Below, in pieces: positions 49,819-62,664 of a DNA stretch of 64,000 bases; positions within the stretch are counted from its first letter, which is position 1, and every line of letters begins with the position of its first letter. The notes under the pieces are model-generated. The model worked only from the letters and a program-made list of their open reading frames with translations, ran no database searches and was not told the origin of the DNA. The position numbers and the translations under genes are program-made. The stretch spans positions 18,910,001 to 18,974,000 of the forward strand of contig CM126235.1 in NCBI GenBank assembly GCA_052327205.1, in the 5' to 3' direction. This DNA is from Somniosus microcephalus (taxonomy: Eukaryota).

Positions 49819-49910
49819 CATCGGAAAATGTTACTGTCGGACACGATGAGAAACACTTTACAACGGTCCACGATGCAACACCTGCAGAGGAGGCTGCTGC
49901 CCAGGGACAG
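49819..49910 (+). CDS. Exon of unidentified gene (HRKMLLSDTMRNTLQRSTMQHLQRRLLPRD)
   Basis: cctctttcag acceptor, CAG|gtggag donor, phase 0-2 joins the next exon in frame. Confidence 0.55.
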
Positions 49911-50436
49911 GTGGAGTATCAGTATTGCATAGAGTTACATAGAATTTACAGGCATGGAAACAGGCCATTCGGCCCAACGGGCCTGTGCTGGTATTAATGC
50001 TCCACACGAGCCTCCTCCCACCCTACTTCATCTCAGCCTATCAGCATATCCTATTCTTTTCTCCCTCATGTACTGATCTAGCTTCCTCTTGTGGTAGTGA
50101 GTTCCACATTCTAACCAGTCTCTGAGTAAAGAAGTTTCTCTTAAATTCCCTATTGGATTTATTAGTGATTATCTTGTATTTATGGCCCCCTAGTTCTGGA
50201 TTCCCCCATAAGTGCAAATATTTTCTCTATGTCTACCCTATCAAAACCTTTCACAATTTAAAAAACCTCTAATAGATCACCCCTCAGCCTTCTCTTTTCT
50301 AGATAGAATGGAGGATAATTATTACATAACTGTTAGAGTGCAGTGGGAGCGCTGGTTATAGTTCACAGCGCTAAAGAGATCCATTGATCACAAGTCCATG
50401 CAATGTAGTTCCTTCCTCCCTTCCTTCCTTCCACAG

Positions 50437-50548
50437 CTTGCAGATCCCGGCTGGTCTTTGGACGGAGGATTCTGGAATACCCGAGGAGCTCCTGGAGGAT
50501 GACACTCTCAGGTACGCAGCCCTCAGGTTTATTCTTGTGCAGATCAAG
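50437..50548 (+). CDS. Exon of unidentified gene (LQIPAGLWTEDSGIPEELLEDDTLRYAALRFILVQIK)
   Basis: Strong polypyrimidine tract + cag, AAG|gtatgg donor, phase 2-0. Confidence 0.6.
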
Positions 50549-50717
50549 GTATGGGTTGTTGGCGCCAGGGAGTGGAAGAGATGCAGAGTCACGCTCCCAC
50601 TGCTTCGAGTACTCCAGCAACAGTGCAGTACTTTTTCCAATCTCCGCACCAGCCACCTCTTGAGTTTAGGATACCCTCTATCCTTTACTCTCAATACAGG
50701 CACAGGGAGTAGAATAA

Positions 50718-51705
50718 GAACATAAGACATAGGCCATTGGGCCCCTTGAGCCTGCTCCGCCATTCAATAAGATCATGGCTGATCCGATCTTGGCCTCAAC
50801 TCCACTTCCCTGCCCGCTCCCCATAACCCTTGGCTCCCTTATCGTTCAAAAATCTGTCTCTCTCCACCTTAAATATATTCAATGACCCAGCCTCCACAGC
50901 TCTCTGGGGAAGAGAATTCCACAGATTCACGACCCTCTGAGAGAAGAAATTCCTCCTCATTTCCGATTTAAATGGGCGACCCTTTATTCTGAAACTATGC
51001 CCCCGAGTTCTAGATTCCCCCACAAGGGGAAACACCCTCTCCGCATCTACCCTGTCAATCCCTTTCAGAATCTTATATGTTTCAATAAGATCCCCTCTCA
51101 TTCTTCTAAACTCCAATGAGTATAGGCCCAGCCTGCTCAACCATTCGTCATAAGACAACCCCTTCATCTCCGGAATCAACCTCGTGAACCTTCTCTGAAC
51201 TGCCTCCAATGCAAGTATATCCCTTCTTAAAGGAGGAGACCAAAACTGTACGCAGTTCTCCGGGTGTGGTCTCACCAACGCAGATCATTCTCCTCATGCC
51301 GCCTCTGGCTCTTTCGTCGATGAATCTGTGTCCTGTGATTACTGACCCTTCCGCCAGTGGAGAGCGTTTCTCCCTATTTACTCAATAATCAATACGTCAC
51401 ATAACTTGTTAAAATGCACACCGTTAGAATCATAGAAATTACAGCACAGAAGGAGGCCATTCGGCCCGTCGTGTCTGTGCCGGCCGAAAAAGAGCTCTCC
51501 AGCCTCATCCCACTTTCCAGCTCTTGGTCCGCAGCCCTGTAGGTTACGGCACTTCAAGTGTATATCCATGTACTTTTTAAATGTGCTGAGGGTTTCTGCC
51601 TCGACCACCCTTTCAGGCAGTGAGTTCCAGACCCCCACCGCCCTCTGGGTGAAAACATTTCTCCTCAACTCCCCTCTAAACCTCCGACCAATTACTTTAA
51701 ATCTA
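50718..51705 (-). mobile_element. CR1 3' fragments (50718-51280 and 51425-51705)
   Basis: ORFs 50796-51278 and 51378-51785. Confidence 0.85.
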
Positions 51706-51714
51706 ATACAATAG

Positions 51715-52630
51715 CAAAATACTGCGGATGCTGGAAATCTGAAATAACAGAAAATGCTGGAAACACTCAGCAGGCCAGGCAGCATCCGTGGAGAGAGAAA
51801 CAGAGTTAACGTTTCAGGTCGAAGACCCTTCGTCAGAACTGGAAAAAGTTAGAGATGTAACAGGTTTTAAGCAAGTGTAGGGGCAGGGAAAGGGGGGGCA
51901 GGGGAGGAAAGAACAAAAGGGAAGGGCTGTGATAGGGCGGAAGACAGGAGTGGTTAAGTGTTGCAAATGGGGATGGCAGAATCATCAACAACTGCCACGT
52001 GAAAAAATATAGGCAGAGGTTAAGGTCTGAAATTGTTGAACTCAATGTTGAGTCCAGAAGGCTGTAAAGTGCCTGATCGAAAGACGAGGTGCTGTTCCTC
52101 GAGCTTACGTTGAGCTTCATTGGAACAGTGTAGGAGGCCGAGGACAGAGAGGTCAGAGTGGGAGTGGGACAAGAATTAAAGTGACAGGCGACCGGAAGCT
52201 CGGAGGTCACCCTTACGGACTGAATGGAGGTGTTCCGCAAAGCGGTCACCCAATCTGCGTTTGGTCTCCCCAATGTAGAGTAGACCACATCGTGAGCAGC
52301 GAATACAGTATACTAGATTGCAAGGAGTACAAGTAAATCGCTGTTTTACCTGGAAGGGGTGTTTGGGGCCCTAGACAGTGGGAAGGGAGGAGGTAAAAGG
52401 GCAGGTGTTGCATCTCCTGCGCTTGCACGGGAAGGTGCCGGGTGAAGGGGAGGGGTGTTGGGGGTGACAGAGGAGTGGACCAGGGTGTCGCGGAGGGAGC
52501 GGTCCCTTCGGAATGCTGAAAGGGGAGGTGAGGGGAAGATGCGTTTGGTGGTGGGATCACGCTGGGTGTGGCGGAAATGGCGGAGGATGATCCGTTGAAT
52601 GTGGAGGCTGGTGGGGTGAAAGGTGAGGAC
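51715..52630 (-). mobile_element. Penelope-like retroelement 3' part (GIY-YIG endonuclease remnant plus hammerhead-bearing terminal repeat)
   Basis: Minus-strand peptides LTFHPTSLHIQRII, AFRRDRSLRDTLV, VYCIRCSRCGLLYIGETKRRLGDRFAEH; CTGACGAAGGGTCTTCGACCTGAAAC. Confidence 0.85.
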
Positions 52631-53119
52631 CTTAAATAACCAGTGCCCCCTGGTTATTGACCGCACTGCTGAGGGAAATAGGTCCTTCCTATCCACTCTT
52701 TCTAGGCCCCTCATAACTTTATACGCCTCAATTAAGTCTCCCCTCAGTTCCAAAGAAATCATTGGTGAGTGCATGTACAATAAATTCTGTAAACGAGCAA
52801 CGGAGATTTATTTGCCTAGTTAATGATTTACAGTGTATGAGCTCCCTGAAGAAGTTTGCCACGTTCCTGCAGGACGAAGCTAAGAATGTGTTTTTTTTTT
52901 GTTTTTGAAAATATCATACAGTATCTCGCGCACTCCGCATTCAGCTGCAGCTCAGTGGGTGCCAGGTTCGGGCCGGGCAGGAACAGGCATTGTGCTTGAG
53001 AGCACAGGGTTGGGTCTAACTGCAGGGGCCTTGCGTAAGAACCGGAGACAGGTTTGAAAGGGACTCTGTCCCACTGAAAACAACCGCGTTACTTCTGCTG
53101 TTAGATCAAAAGAAAGAAA

Positions 53120-53450
53120 AGACTTGCATTTCTATAGCGCCTTTCACGACCACCGGATGTCCCAAAGCGCTTTACAGCCAATTAAATACTTTTTGAAGTG
53201 TGGTCACCGTAGGAAATGCGGCAGCCAATTAGCCCACAGCAAGCCATGTGATAATGACCGGATAATCTGTTTTTTGTTATGTTGATTGAGGGATAAATAT
53301 TGGCCCCAGGACACCGGGGAGAACGCCCCCCCTGCTCTTCTTCGAAATAGTGCCCGTGGGATCTTTTGCGTCCACCCGAGAGGGCAGACGGGGCCTCGGT
53401 TTAACGTCTCATCCGAAAGACGGCACCTCCGACAGCGCAGCGCTCCCTCG
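53120..53450 (-). mobile_element. DeuSINE-type SINE, followed by another Penelope tail (53460-53600)
   Basis: Family core; ATGATGAAGGGTCGTCCGCCTGAAAC on minus strand. Confidence 0.75.
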
Positions 53451-54306
53451 GTAAAATGCTCCAAAGCAATATGCTGCGGACGCTGGAGATCTGGCATAAC
53501 TGCAGAAAAGGTCGAAAATACTCAGGAGGGTCAGCAGCATCTGTGCTAAGAGAAGCAGAGTTAGCGTTTCAGGCGGACGACCCTTCATCATACTTCTGAT
53601 GGTCTTCGGCTGATACTTTGACCCCTGAACCCCTGTGCCCGCTGACCTACATTGGCTCTGGGTCCACCAACGCCACAATTTAAAAATTCTCATCCTTGTT
53701 TTCAAATGCCTCCACGGCCTCCTCACCCCCTCCCTATCTCTGTAACTTCCTCCAGCCACACAACCCTCTGAGATCTCTGCGTTCTATCATTAGTGGATGA
53801 GCAGAAATTTCCTCCCATTAAATATTGGGGAGACTGATCCATTGTCTTCAGTCCCCCCCACAAACTCCGTTCCTTGACCACTGTTTCCATCCGTCTCCCT
53901 GGCAACGGCTTGAAGCTGAGCCAGACCGTGCGGAACCTTTGTGCTGTGTTTGACCTCGAGGTGAGCTTCCGACCACATATCCGCTCCAGCACCAAGACTG
54001 CCTGCTTCCACCTCCCTAACATTGACCGACTCCGCCCCTGCCTCAGCTATTCTGCTGCTGAAAGCCTCATCCATGCCTTGGTTACCTCTAGACTTGACTA
54101 TTCCAACGCACTCCTGGCCGGCCTCCCATCTTCCCCCCTCCGTAATCTTGTGCTCATCCAAAACTCGGCTGCCCGTGTCCTAACTCGCACCGAGTCCCGT
54201 TCGCCCATCACCCCCTGTGCTCGCTGACCTACATTGGCTCCCGGTCCAACCACGCCTCAATTTTAAAATTCTCATCCTTGTTTTCAAACCCCTCCATGGC
54301 CTCGCC

Positions 54307-57300
54307 TGTTAGATCCGGGTATCTTAATGTTGTGTCCTTTCAATAATCAGACAAAGACTGCAGGGAACGATCAACAGGTGTTTACTGGATGAAGTTCAAA
54401 CTGCAACTGACTGTACAGAGCGCCACTCAGGGTTTATATACAGGTGTGGTCACTGCCGGTACCACAGGATACAGGAGCTGTAAAAAGTAGTTCTCCCCCT
54501 TAAAGGTACATACACTACAATTCCTCCCCTTTTAGATTAACAGTACCATAACACTCATTTAACAATTAAATATCAAACTAATTACAATTAACACTTTTAA
54601 TATGCAACATTAACTGGAAATAGTCTATTTATAAATTCAGTCTTTGGGGAGGCTTCTTGATTCTTTCTGGATAACGCCTTTCCCGAGTGTCTCGCTCTTG
54701 GTGCGGAGGCGATTCTAACACCCTGTCGTCAGTTGATTCATCAGCTTCCAATGCTATTGTTTCTGAGGTAGATGCGACCTGTATGTCGGGTTCCTCACCA
54801 GGTACGCATGGCCGAGACATGGGGTTGACTTGTTCCTGTGACTCTAGGATCTGGTCAGCATGGCGTCTCACAATGTTCTCCCCAACATCCACTGTATACA
54901 TTAGTGGCCCCTGCTGTGTGCATATTGTTCCTTGTTGCCATTTCTCTGTTCGGTAGTCGCGGGCTAAGACTGGTTGCCCTACATTGAAGCTCCTTGTCGG
55001 CTTCTCATTGATGTGCTGGAATTGCTTATTCTCAACATCTCTTTGTACATTTGGTCTGAGCAAATCCAGACGAGATCTCAACCTTCGGTTAAAGAACATC
55101 ATGGCTGGGGCCTGGTTGGTGACTGCATGTGTCGCATTTCTGTAGGCTAACAGGAAATTGTCCACCTTATGCTGCAGTGGAATGTCGTCATCGCACATGG
55201 CCTTTACTGCTTTTTTAAAGGTTTGTACGAACCTCTCAGCCAATCCATTTGTGGCTGGATGATACGGAGCGGATGTGTAATGCCTTACCCCATTCCTTTT
55301 CATAAATCTTCGAAACTCTTCGGACACAAACTGTGGTCCGTTATCAGAGCAAATCTGCTCTGGCAAGCCGTTCCTGGCAAAAATGGTCCGTAGGACTGCA
55401 TTAGTTTTGTCTGTGGTGGTGGAGGACATTTTGATCACCTCAGGCCATTTCGAGTGCGCATCCACGGCTATTAAAAACATTGAGCCCATGAAGGGACCAG
55501 CAAAGTCAATATGCACCCGTTGCCATGGAGATGAGGGCCACTCCCATGGGTGTAGAGGGGCATGTGGTGGTGCATTTTGGACCTTCTGGCATCCTGAGCA
55601 GCTCTTTGTCAGGTCCTCAATTTGCTGATCGATCCCCGGCCACCACACATAAGCCCTAGCAAGGCTTTTCATTTTCACCCCTCCCAGATGACCTTCGTGA
55701 AGCTCATTGAGCACTCTCTCCCTTAACTTGGGTGGAATTACCACTCGGGATCCACACATCAAGGTCCCTGGCATACTGACAGCTGTTCTCTTCTGGATGA
55801 GAATGCTGGCAACAGTGAGTCGCCATGTGCTGGCCATCCCTTCACCGTCAAATCATATACCCGAGACAGTGTCGGGTCATTTCGGGTCTCCTTCTCTATA
55901 CCAGCGTTAGTTACTGGCAAGCATTCAATTATAGTCGAATGAAATATTTCGACAGGATCCACTGCTGGTGCTTCCTCCGCAGTAGGCAGTGGAAAGCGTG
56001 ATAGCCCATCAGCGTTTCCATGCTGTTTCGTGTCCTTATACTCGATATCACATTGGTGCGCCCCTAGAAAAAGGGACCATCTTTGTAGCCGTTGCGCAGT
56101 CATCACCGGAACGCCCTTCTTTGGATTAAAGATGGAGACAAGTGGTTGGTGGTCAGTCAGCAAGGTGACCTTCTGCCCTTGCAGATAGTGATTGAACTTT
56201 TTCACTCCCCACACTAGGCTGAGGGCCTCCCTGTCAATCTGGGCGTAGTTACGCTCGGCTGAGGTTAGTGACCGAGATGCAAAGGCTACTGGCCTCTCTG
56301 AGCCGTCCGGGAATTTGTGCGACAGCACCGCTCCAATGCCATAGGGTGATGCATCACACGCCAACCGAATTGGTAGTGCTGGGTTGAAATGAGCCAACAC
56401 CTCTTTCGATGTGATCAATGCTTTGCTCTTCTGGAAAGCTCGTTTACATTCGTCACTCCACTTCCATGGTACCCCCGTTTGCAGTAGGGTGTTCAGTGGG
56501 TGTAGTACGGTAGACAAATTCGGCAAGAACTTATGGTAGTAGTTCACCAGCCTGAGGAACGACCTCAGTTGTGACACATTTTCTGGTGCTGGAGCCTTGA
56601 CTACTGCCTCAATCTTTTCAGGGGACTTATGCAACCCCTCTTTATCAATAACGTGGCCACAATACGAGATCTGCTCCTGGAAAAACTCGCATTTGTGGCG
56701 ATTAGCTCGGAGCCCATATTCCTTCAATCTAGTGAGCACCTGCTCCAGGTTGGCGAGGTGATCACTGTCATTTTCGCCCGTGACCAGGATGTCGTCCAAA
56801 TAACACTGGGTCCCTGGAATCCCTTGCAGGACTTGATCCATTGCCCTTTGCCAAATAGCCGGAGCTGATGCTACCCCGAACACCAGCCGGTTGTATTGGT
56901 AGAGACCTTTATGAGTGTTGATTGTGAGGTACGGTTTCGAGGCTTCTTCTACCTCCATTTGCAGGTACGCCTGGGCCAGATCAATCTTAGTGAAGCGTTT
57001 CCCTCCAGATAGCAAGACGAAAATATCTTCAATCCGCAGAAGCGGATATTGTACAGTGTGAAGGACTGGGTTCACTGTCACCTTAAAGTCCCCACAGATG
57101 CGAACCTTCTTTGGTTCCCCAGGCGTATTACTCAACGGCCTCTTCATTACAGGGTGGACAGTACTCCTGAACGTTCCAAACCTTCCAGCTCTGCTTCGAC
57201 GGCTGGGTGGATCGCATAAGGCCTTAAAAAACTTTGGGCTTGCATTTTCCTCTATTTTGATCGTCGCTGTTATGCCTTTTAGTGTTCCGAGTCCCTGCTG

Positions 57301-59457
57301 GAACACTTCTTGTGCGTCAGTTAGCATTTTTGACAGTCGTCCAGGTGTGACGTCGTCATCCTTTTTGGCATCTACAGTCAGTGCTTGTATGGAATGCCAA
57401 TCTAGCTGTATCTTCCGGATCCATTCACGTCCTAGTAGTGGTGGTCCTCCATCTGGCAATACATATAGGTCCATTTTTGGTGTTTCCTTGCCGTTATATA
57501 TAACGTTCACCCTTATTTTTCCTTTGGGGTAGACTTTTTGCCCCATGTACGTCTTCAAGACAATCTTTGTATCTCTCAAGGGTATATGTGAGAATAGCCG
57601 CTTGTAGTCCCTTCGGTTTATGACTGTTAGGGCTGATCCTGTGTCCAATTCCATTTTCACTTGGACTCCTGCTATCTTGAGCGTGACCCAGATAGTTTGG
57701 TGATCCTCCATTTTGATCACATTATGTAGTTTCAGACAACCCAGCTCCTTGCTTCCGGAGTCTGTATCACTCTTCTGTTCGTCTGAACTACTCTCCGTCA
57801 CCTTATGTACCTTCTTGTACTTCTCCTGTGGAGATTTCTTGCTGCTGGTTTTCTTTCCCGACCTGCAGACTCTTGCTATGTGTCCTACTTTTCCACACTG
57901 TCTGCACACTTTGTCCTTGAACCAGCAATCATTATGGTCGTGTGTTATTCTGCCGCAGCGATAGCACTTCACTGTTCCGTATGACATTTCATTTGTGCCA
58001 TATTCTTGCGGTCTCCGTTGTATCTCTGCAGTGCCCCGTGTGGCTGCTTCATGTGATACTGCCATGCTGAAATCCTTGTCCAGCGTAAGATCCTTTTCTG
58101 ATAGAAGCCGTTTCTGGGTTCCTTCACTTTGAAGCCCACACACAAACTTGTCCCTTAAAGTATCTGCTAGTCCCGTTCCAAACTGGCAGTGTTTCGATAG
58201 CTTGCGCAGTTCCGTTAAATACTCAGCATTACTTTCATCTTTATGCTGGTTCCTTTTGTGAAACTTAAATCTTTCTGCTATCAGAAGTGGTGTGGGGTTT
58301 AAGTGGTCCTGTAGGATTGACACTATGTTTTCAAAATCCTTTTCTACTGGCTTCTCTGGGGTTACTAGGTTTCGTAGTAAGCCATACGTTTTTGCACCCA
58401 TTGAATTCAACAATACCAGCGCTTTCTTGTCATCTGACACTTCATTCACCTTGCAGTATACTTCTATGCGTTCGACATATGTCGTCCAATCTTCGACTTC
58501 ATTGTCGAACGCTGTGATACTGCCACTCTTCGGCATTTTTGGGTGTGGTTAGACTGGCTTAAAATGGTGTCTCCCGCGTTTTCCTTTCGTCCCCGCTGTG
58601 GCTTAAAATGGCGTCTCCTGCGCTTTTCTTTCTTCCCCGCTGCGGCTTAAAATGGCGTCTCCCGCGCTTTCCTTTCTTCCCTGCAGCGGCTTAAAATGGC
58701 GTCTCCCGCGCTGCTGCCAACGCCACCCTCGGCGGTCCTCCTGGCAAATGGCGACGCCCTGTGGGCCTCGCGCGCTGCTCCTGCGCTGCTGCCAATGCCG
58801 TTCTCTGCGGTCCTCGTGGCAATGGCAGCGCCTCGCGTTTTCCTGCGCGCCTCTCTCCCCCATTGACGGCCCCTGAACACCGGCTGCGCTCTGCTCTCTC
58901 TCGCCTCTCTCCCCCGTTGACGCCGCTCGGTCCCGAACATCGGCTGCGCTCTACTCTCCCCCGTTGACGCTGCTCGGCCCTTGAACACCGGCTGCGCCCC
59001 GTGCGCTCTGCCCTCTCTCTCTCCCCCGTCGACACTGCTCGGCCCTTTCTGTGCCGCTCGGTCGGCTCTAGCCGCTGCTGTCCGGGAAGGGTCTGCGCAA
59101 TACCTGCTGTCAGCCCGTTTCGCTGGACCACCATGGCTGGAAGGCCAAGCCTGACTCTCGACAGCCTCCCCTGCGATGCCCGTGCTTCTGGACTTGACCT
59201 CCTTATGCAGAGTTGCAGGTAGGTTCGAATCTTCTCATCGCCAATGTTAGATCCGGGTATCTTAATGTTGTGTCCTTTCAATAATTAGACAAAGACTGCA
59301 GGGAACGATCAACAGGTGTTTACTGGATGAAGTTCAAACTGCAACTGACTGTACAGAGCGCCACTCAGGGCTTATATACAGGTGTGGTCACTGCCGGTAC
59401 TACAGGATACAGGAGCTGTAAAAAGTAGTTCGCCCCCTTAAAGGTACATACACTACA
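54307..59457 (-). mobile_element. Ty3/Gypsy LTR retrotransposon, full length
   Basis: 213-bp LTRs (54307-54519, 59245-59457; 4 differences by eye), TG...CA ends, TSD TCGCC, PBS-like TGGCGATGAG, PPT AAAAGGGGAGGAAT; ~44-bp tandem repeats in leader (58555-58710). Confidence 0.97.
54629..58536 (-). pseudogene. Gypsy gag-pol (2 CCHC knuckles, protease LDTGS, RT YLDD, RNase H CDAS, integrase HIDFAG/SDNG/NGLAE), disrupted
   Basis: ORFs 55759-58536 and 54629-55837 offset by a frameshift; short out-of-frame patch at the start of RT. Confidence 0.92.
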
Positions 59458-59896
59458 TCGCCCCCCTCCCCCCTCCCTCTCTCTGTAATCTCCTCCAGCC
59501 CTACAACCACCCCCCCGAGATCTCTGCGCTCCTCCAATCCTGGCCTCTTGCGCATCCCCGATTTTAATCGTTCCACAGTTGGAGGCCGTGCCTTCAGCTG
59601 CCTGGGCCCTAAGCTCTGGAAATCCCTCCCTAAATCTCTACCTCTCTCTCCTCCTTTAAGATCCTTAAAACCTACCTCTTTGACCAACCTTTTGGCCATC
59701 TGTCCTGAAAACGCCTTCTGTGGCTAGGTGTCAAAAATGTTTTTATTGATATCGATCTACTTCAGCACCTTGGGATGTTTTGCTATGTTAAAGGCACTCT
59801 ATAAATGCAAGTTGTTGTTGGATGCAAGAGATAGAGAGCTGTCTGGCAAATAATCTTTACTGATAAACACATTAACAAAGCCCATTACAAACAGTG

Positions 59897-60125
59897 TGAT
59901 GTAAAAGACTGCTGAGCCCTTGGTTTGAGGATAAAACAAGGCTTTAATCAACTGTTTCACAACCATGAGATTCTAGTTACATCACTAGTTCCTGGTTACA
60001 GAAACATCCTGAGCAAGCTGGGCCCACGCCCGAGTATTTATACTCCTTGGACGGCGCCACCAGCTGGCTGCCCAGTGTTACTTCATGAGTCATTTCTTCA
60101 TGAACGATAAGATTCTGACACACTG
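59897..60125 (-). mobile_element. Second copy of the probable solo LTR at 11739-11970
   Basis: Colinear similarity. Confidence 0.5.
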
Positions 60126-60329
60126 CTCCTGAGATGGACGTCAATTATATTCCAAAGCAAAGCGCTCTACATTTTGCAGCACAGTAACAGGCCATTTGGC
60201 CCATCTGGTCCATGTCGGTGTTCATGCTCCACACGAGCCTCCTCCCATCTTAAAAGATACAGATCAGCCGTGATCTAATTGAATGGCGGAATAGGCTCGA
60301 GGGGCTGAATGGCCTCCTCCTGTTCCCAT

Positions 60330-61175
60330 GGACTGGATTTTCTCAATGGGGAGCTTTTGGAGGCGGGACTCCCACTTGTCGGGTTTCAGTTCCGCCTCTG
60401 TCAACTTCTAGCCAACCCACGCTATTTTCCCTTGATTGGCCTTGTTAAGCCCGCCCAGCGGGCTCAGCAGGCCAATTAAGGGGAAGCTGGTTACAGAGAA
60501 CGTCAACGTATGATGTTTCATCTGTCAAAAATTTTTGACAGATGAATTGTCATCATTTGACAGCTCTGTGAAGCTGTCAAACACTGACATTCCCTGTTGT
60601 TTGATGAGTTCTTGAATTAAAGACTCATCAAACCTCTTTCTTTTGCAGAAATTAGATGGCTGTTGCATTGGAGAATGCAGCGGCCATCTGTCATCTCTGC
60701 CGCGGAGGTGCGAGACTCTCCGCATACCCACCGATTGAAGCCTGCAGGAAGAAACAAAGGTAAGTAAACTTTTTCTAACACTTTCCACTTACCTCAGATA
60801 CTCACCTCGCCACACTTGCACCCATCACTTACCTCCACAGCACACTTTTGCACCCCTCCGACCCCCGCAGACCCACTGCTTGCTTCGGTGACCCTGGCGG
60901 GTTTCGGAGCCTTCGGGAAGCCCGTACTTGTGTGGGCAAAATGGGGATAATCCTCTTATCTGCCTGTTGACTACCTGTTAACAGGCAGTTAAGTGGCATG
61001 AATCCCCTTCCCCCCTCCAAGGAGATGGGACTCCAAGCGGGACGGCTACCCACCTCCTGGCAAGATGACACGGAAGCGGGTTGGGGGCGGGTTGGGCACC
61101 TGCCCCCAAATTCTGCCATTTTCCCGGCAGTCTCGCCTCCATACCTGCCTCCCCAGGGCTGGCAAGATCGTGCCC
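60330..61175 (-). mobile_element. Harbinger-like MITE, family A copy 3 (inverted)
   Basis: GGACTGGATTTT...AAGATCGTGCCC termini; flanks CAT/GAT; reverse complement of 22450-23291. Confidence 0.8.
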
Positions 61176-61639
61176 GATCTGTTTCTGGAGTATGATTTAA
61201 TCCAATTTTAAGCCTTTATACTATTCTAGCCCGACCAATTCTGCCTGTTTTACCGACTCTTACACTATCCCATAGCCTCTCAGAGAGATTGCTAATGAGG
61301 GGCAGGTTTGTTCTCCCCTTGCCCCCGGGAACTGCCACTGCCCAAACCCACCCCACATGTGCTGGGTCACAGAGAGGTGGGTGCCGGGTACAACTGGCGT
61401 TTCAACGACGGGATCCGGAGGGGACAACTCCGCACGTTCATTGGCCAGAATGGGACTCGGTGCACAGTCCCACCCCACTGGGGGCGGTTGGGGGGGGAGG
61501 GGGTGCTCGAGACTGCGACCGCTCGCTCCTGTGCTCCACATGGACCCCTGCTAACAAAGCTCCCGGGATATGAATAGAGCTCCGGTCTCTCTTGTCCTGT
61601 GTGGCTCAGTACGTACTGCCTCTTTAGAATATGCTTTCA

Positions 61640-62150
61640 ATTCTGGGCACCGTCACTCAAAAAGGATTGGAGGGGGTGCAGTGCAGATTCACCCTAAAAG
61701 GGTTAAATTATGAGGACAGGCTGCATAGACTAGGCTCGTATTCCCTTGAGTATAGAAGATTAAGAGGTGATCTAATTGAGGAGTTTGAGATGATTAAAGG
61801 ACTTGATAGGGGAGATAGAGAGAAACTATTTCCTCTGGTGGGGGGAGTCCCGAACAAGGGGGCAGAACCTTAAACTTAGAGCCAGGCCGTTCAGGGGTGA
61901 AGTCAGGAAGCACTTCTTCACACAAAGGGCAGTGGAAATCTGGAACTCTCTCCCCCAAAAAGCTGTTGAGGCTGGGGGGGTCAATCCAAAGTTTTGAAAC
62001 TGAGATTGATAGATTTTTGTTGGGTAAGGGTATTAAGGGTTACGGAACCAAAGCGGGTAGATGGAGTTAAGATACAGATCAGCCATGATCTAATTGACTG
62101 GCAGAACAGGCTCGAGGGGCTGAATGGCCTCCTCCTGTTCCTATGTTCCT
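61640..62150 (+). mobile_element. CR1 3' fragment
   Basis: Similar to 7205-7655. Confidence 0.85.
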
Positions 62151-62664
62151 GATCGTCACGTGCAAATCTAGACAGCGATACTGGACAGACTGGTAACCGG
62201 TGGGAGCATCACACCTACAGTCGATTACAGCATATCAATCAGGAGCGAGAATTCTCACGGATTTTTATCCCTCCCTGGTTTAAGAGGACTGAGGATAATT
62301 GTCGGGCCTTACTGCTACTGCTTGTCGCAATCAGCGATCTCCGCGCAGATCAGCATTCGAAGCTGGAACTTTCTGATCTGCACGGCTCTGTTACAAGCTA
62401 TTGGGTGTCTGCCGTGGATCCACGGGTAGCACTCTCACCTCTGAGTCACGGAGGGCATGGGTTCAAGCCCCACTCCTGCGACTTGAGCACCAAACGTAGG
62501 TTGCGATTTCCGTGCTGCCCTGTCGGAGGTGCCGTCCTTCGGATGAGATGGACGTATCTAAGATCTCAGGTGGGCGTAAAAGACCCCGCGGCACTTTTTG
62601 AAGAAGAGCAGGGGAGTTCACCCCCTGGTGCCCTCCAATATCTCTCAACCAACATCACGAAAGT

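Larger units (their letters stand above)
53830..59820 (+). mobile_element. L2 LINE 3' fragment split by the Gypsy insertion
   Basis: LIHALVTSRLDYSNALLAGL at 53874-54227; L2 tail resumes at ~59463. Confidence 0.8.
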
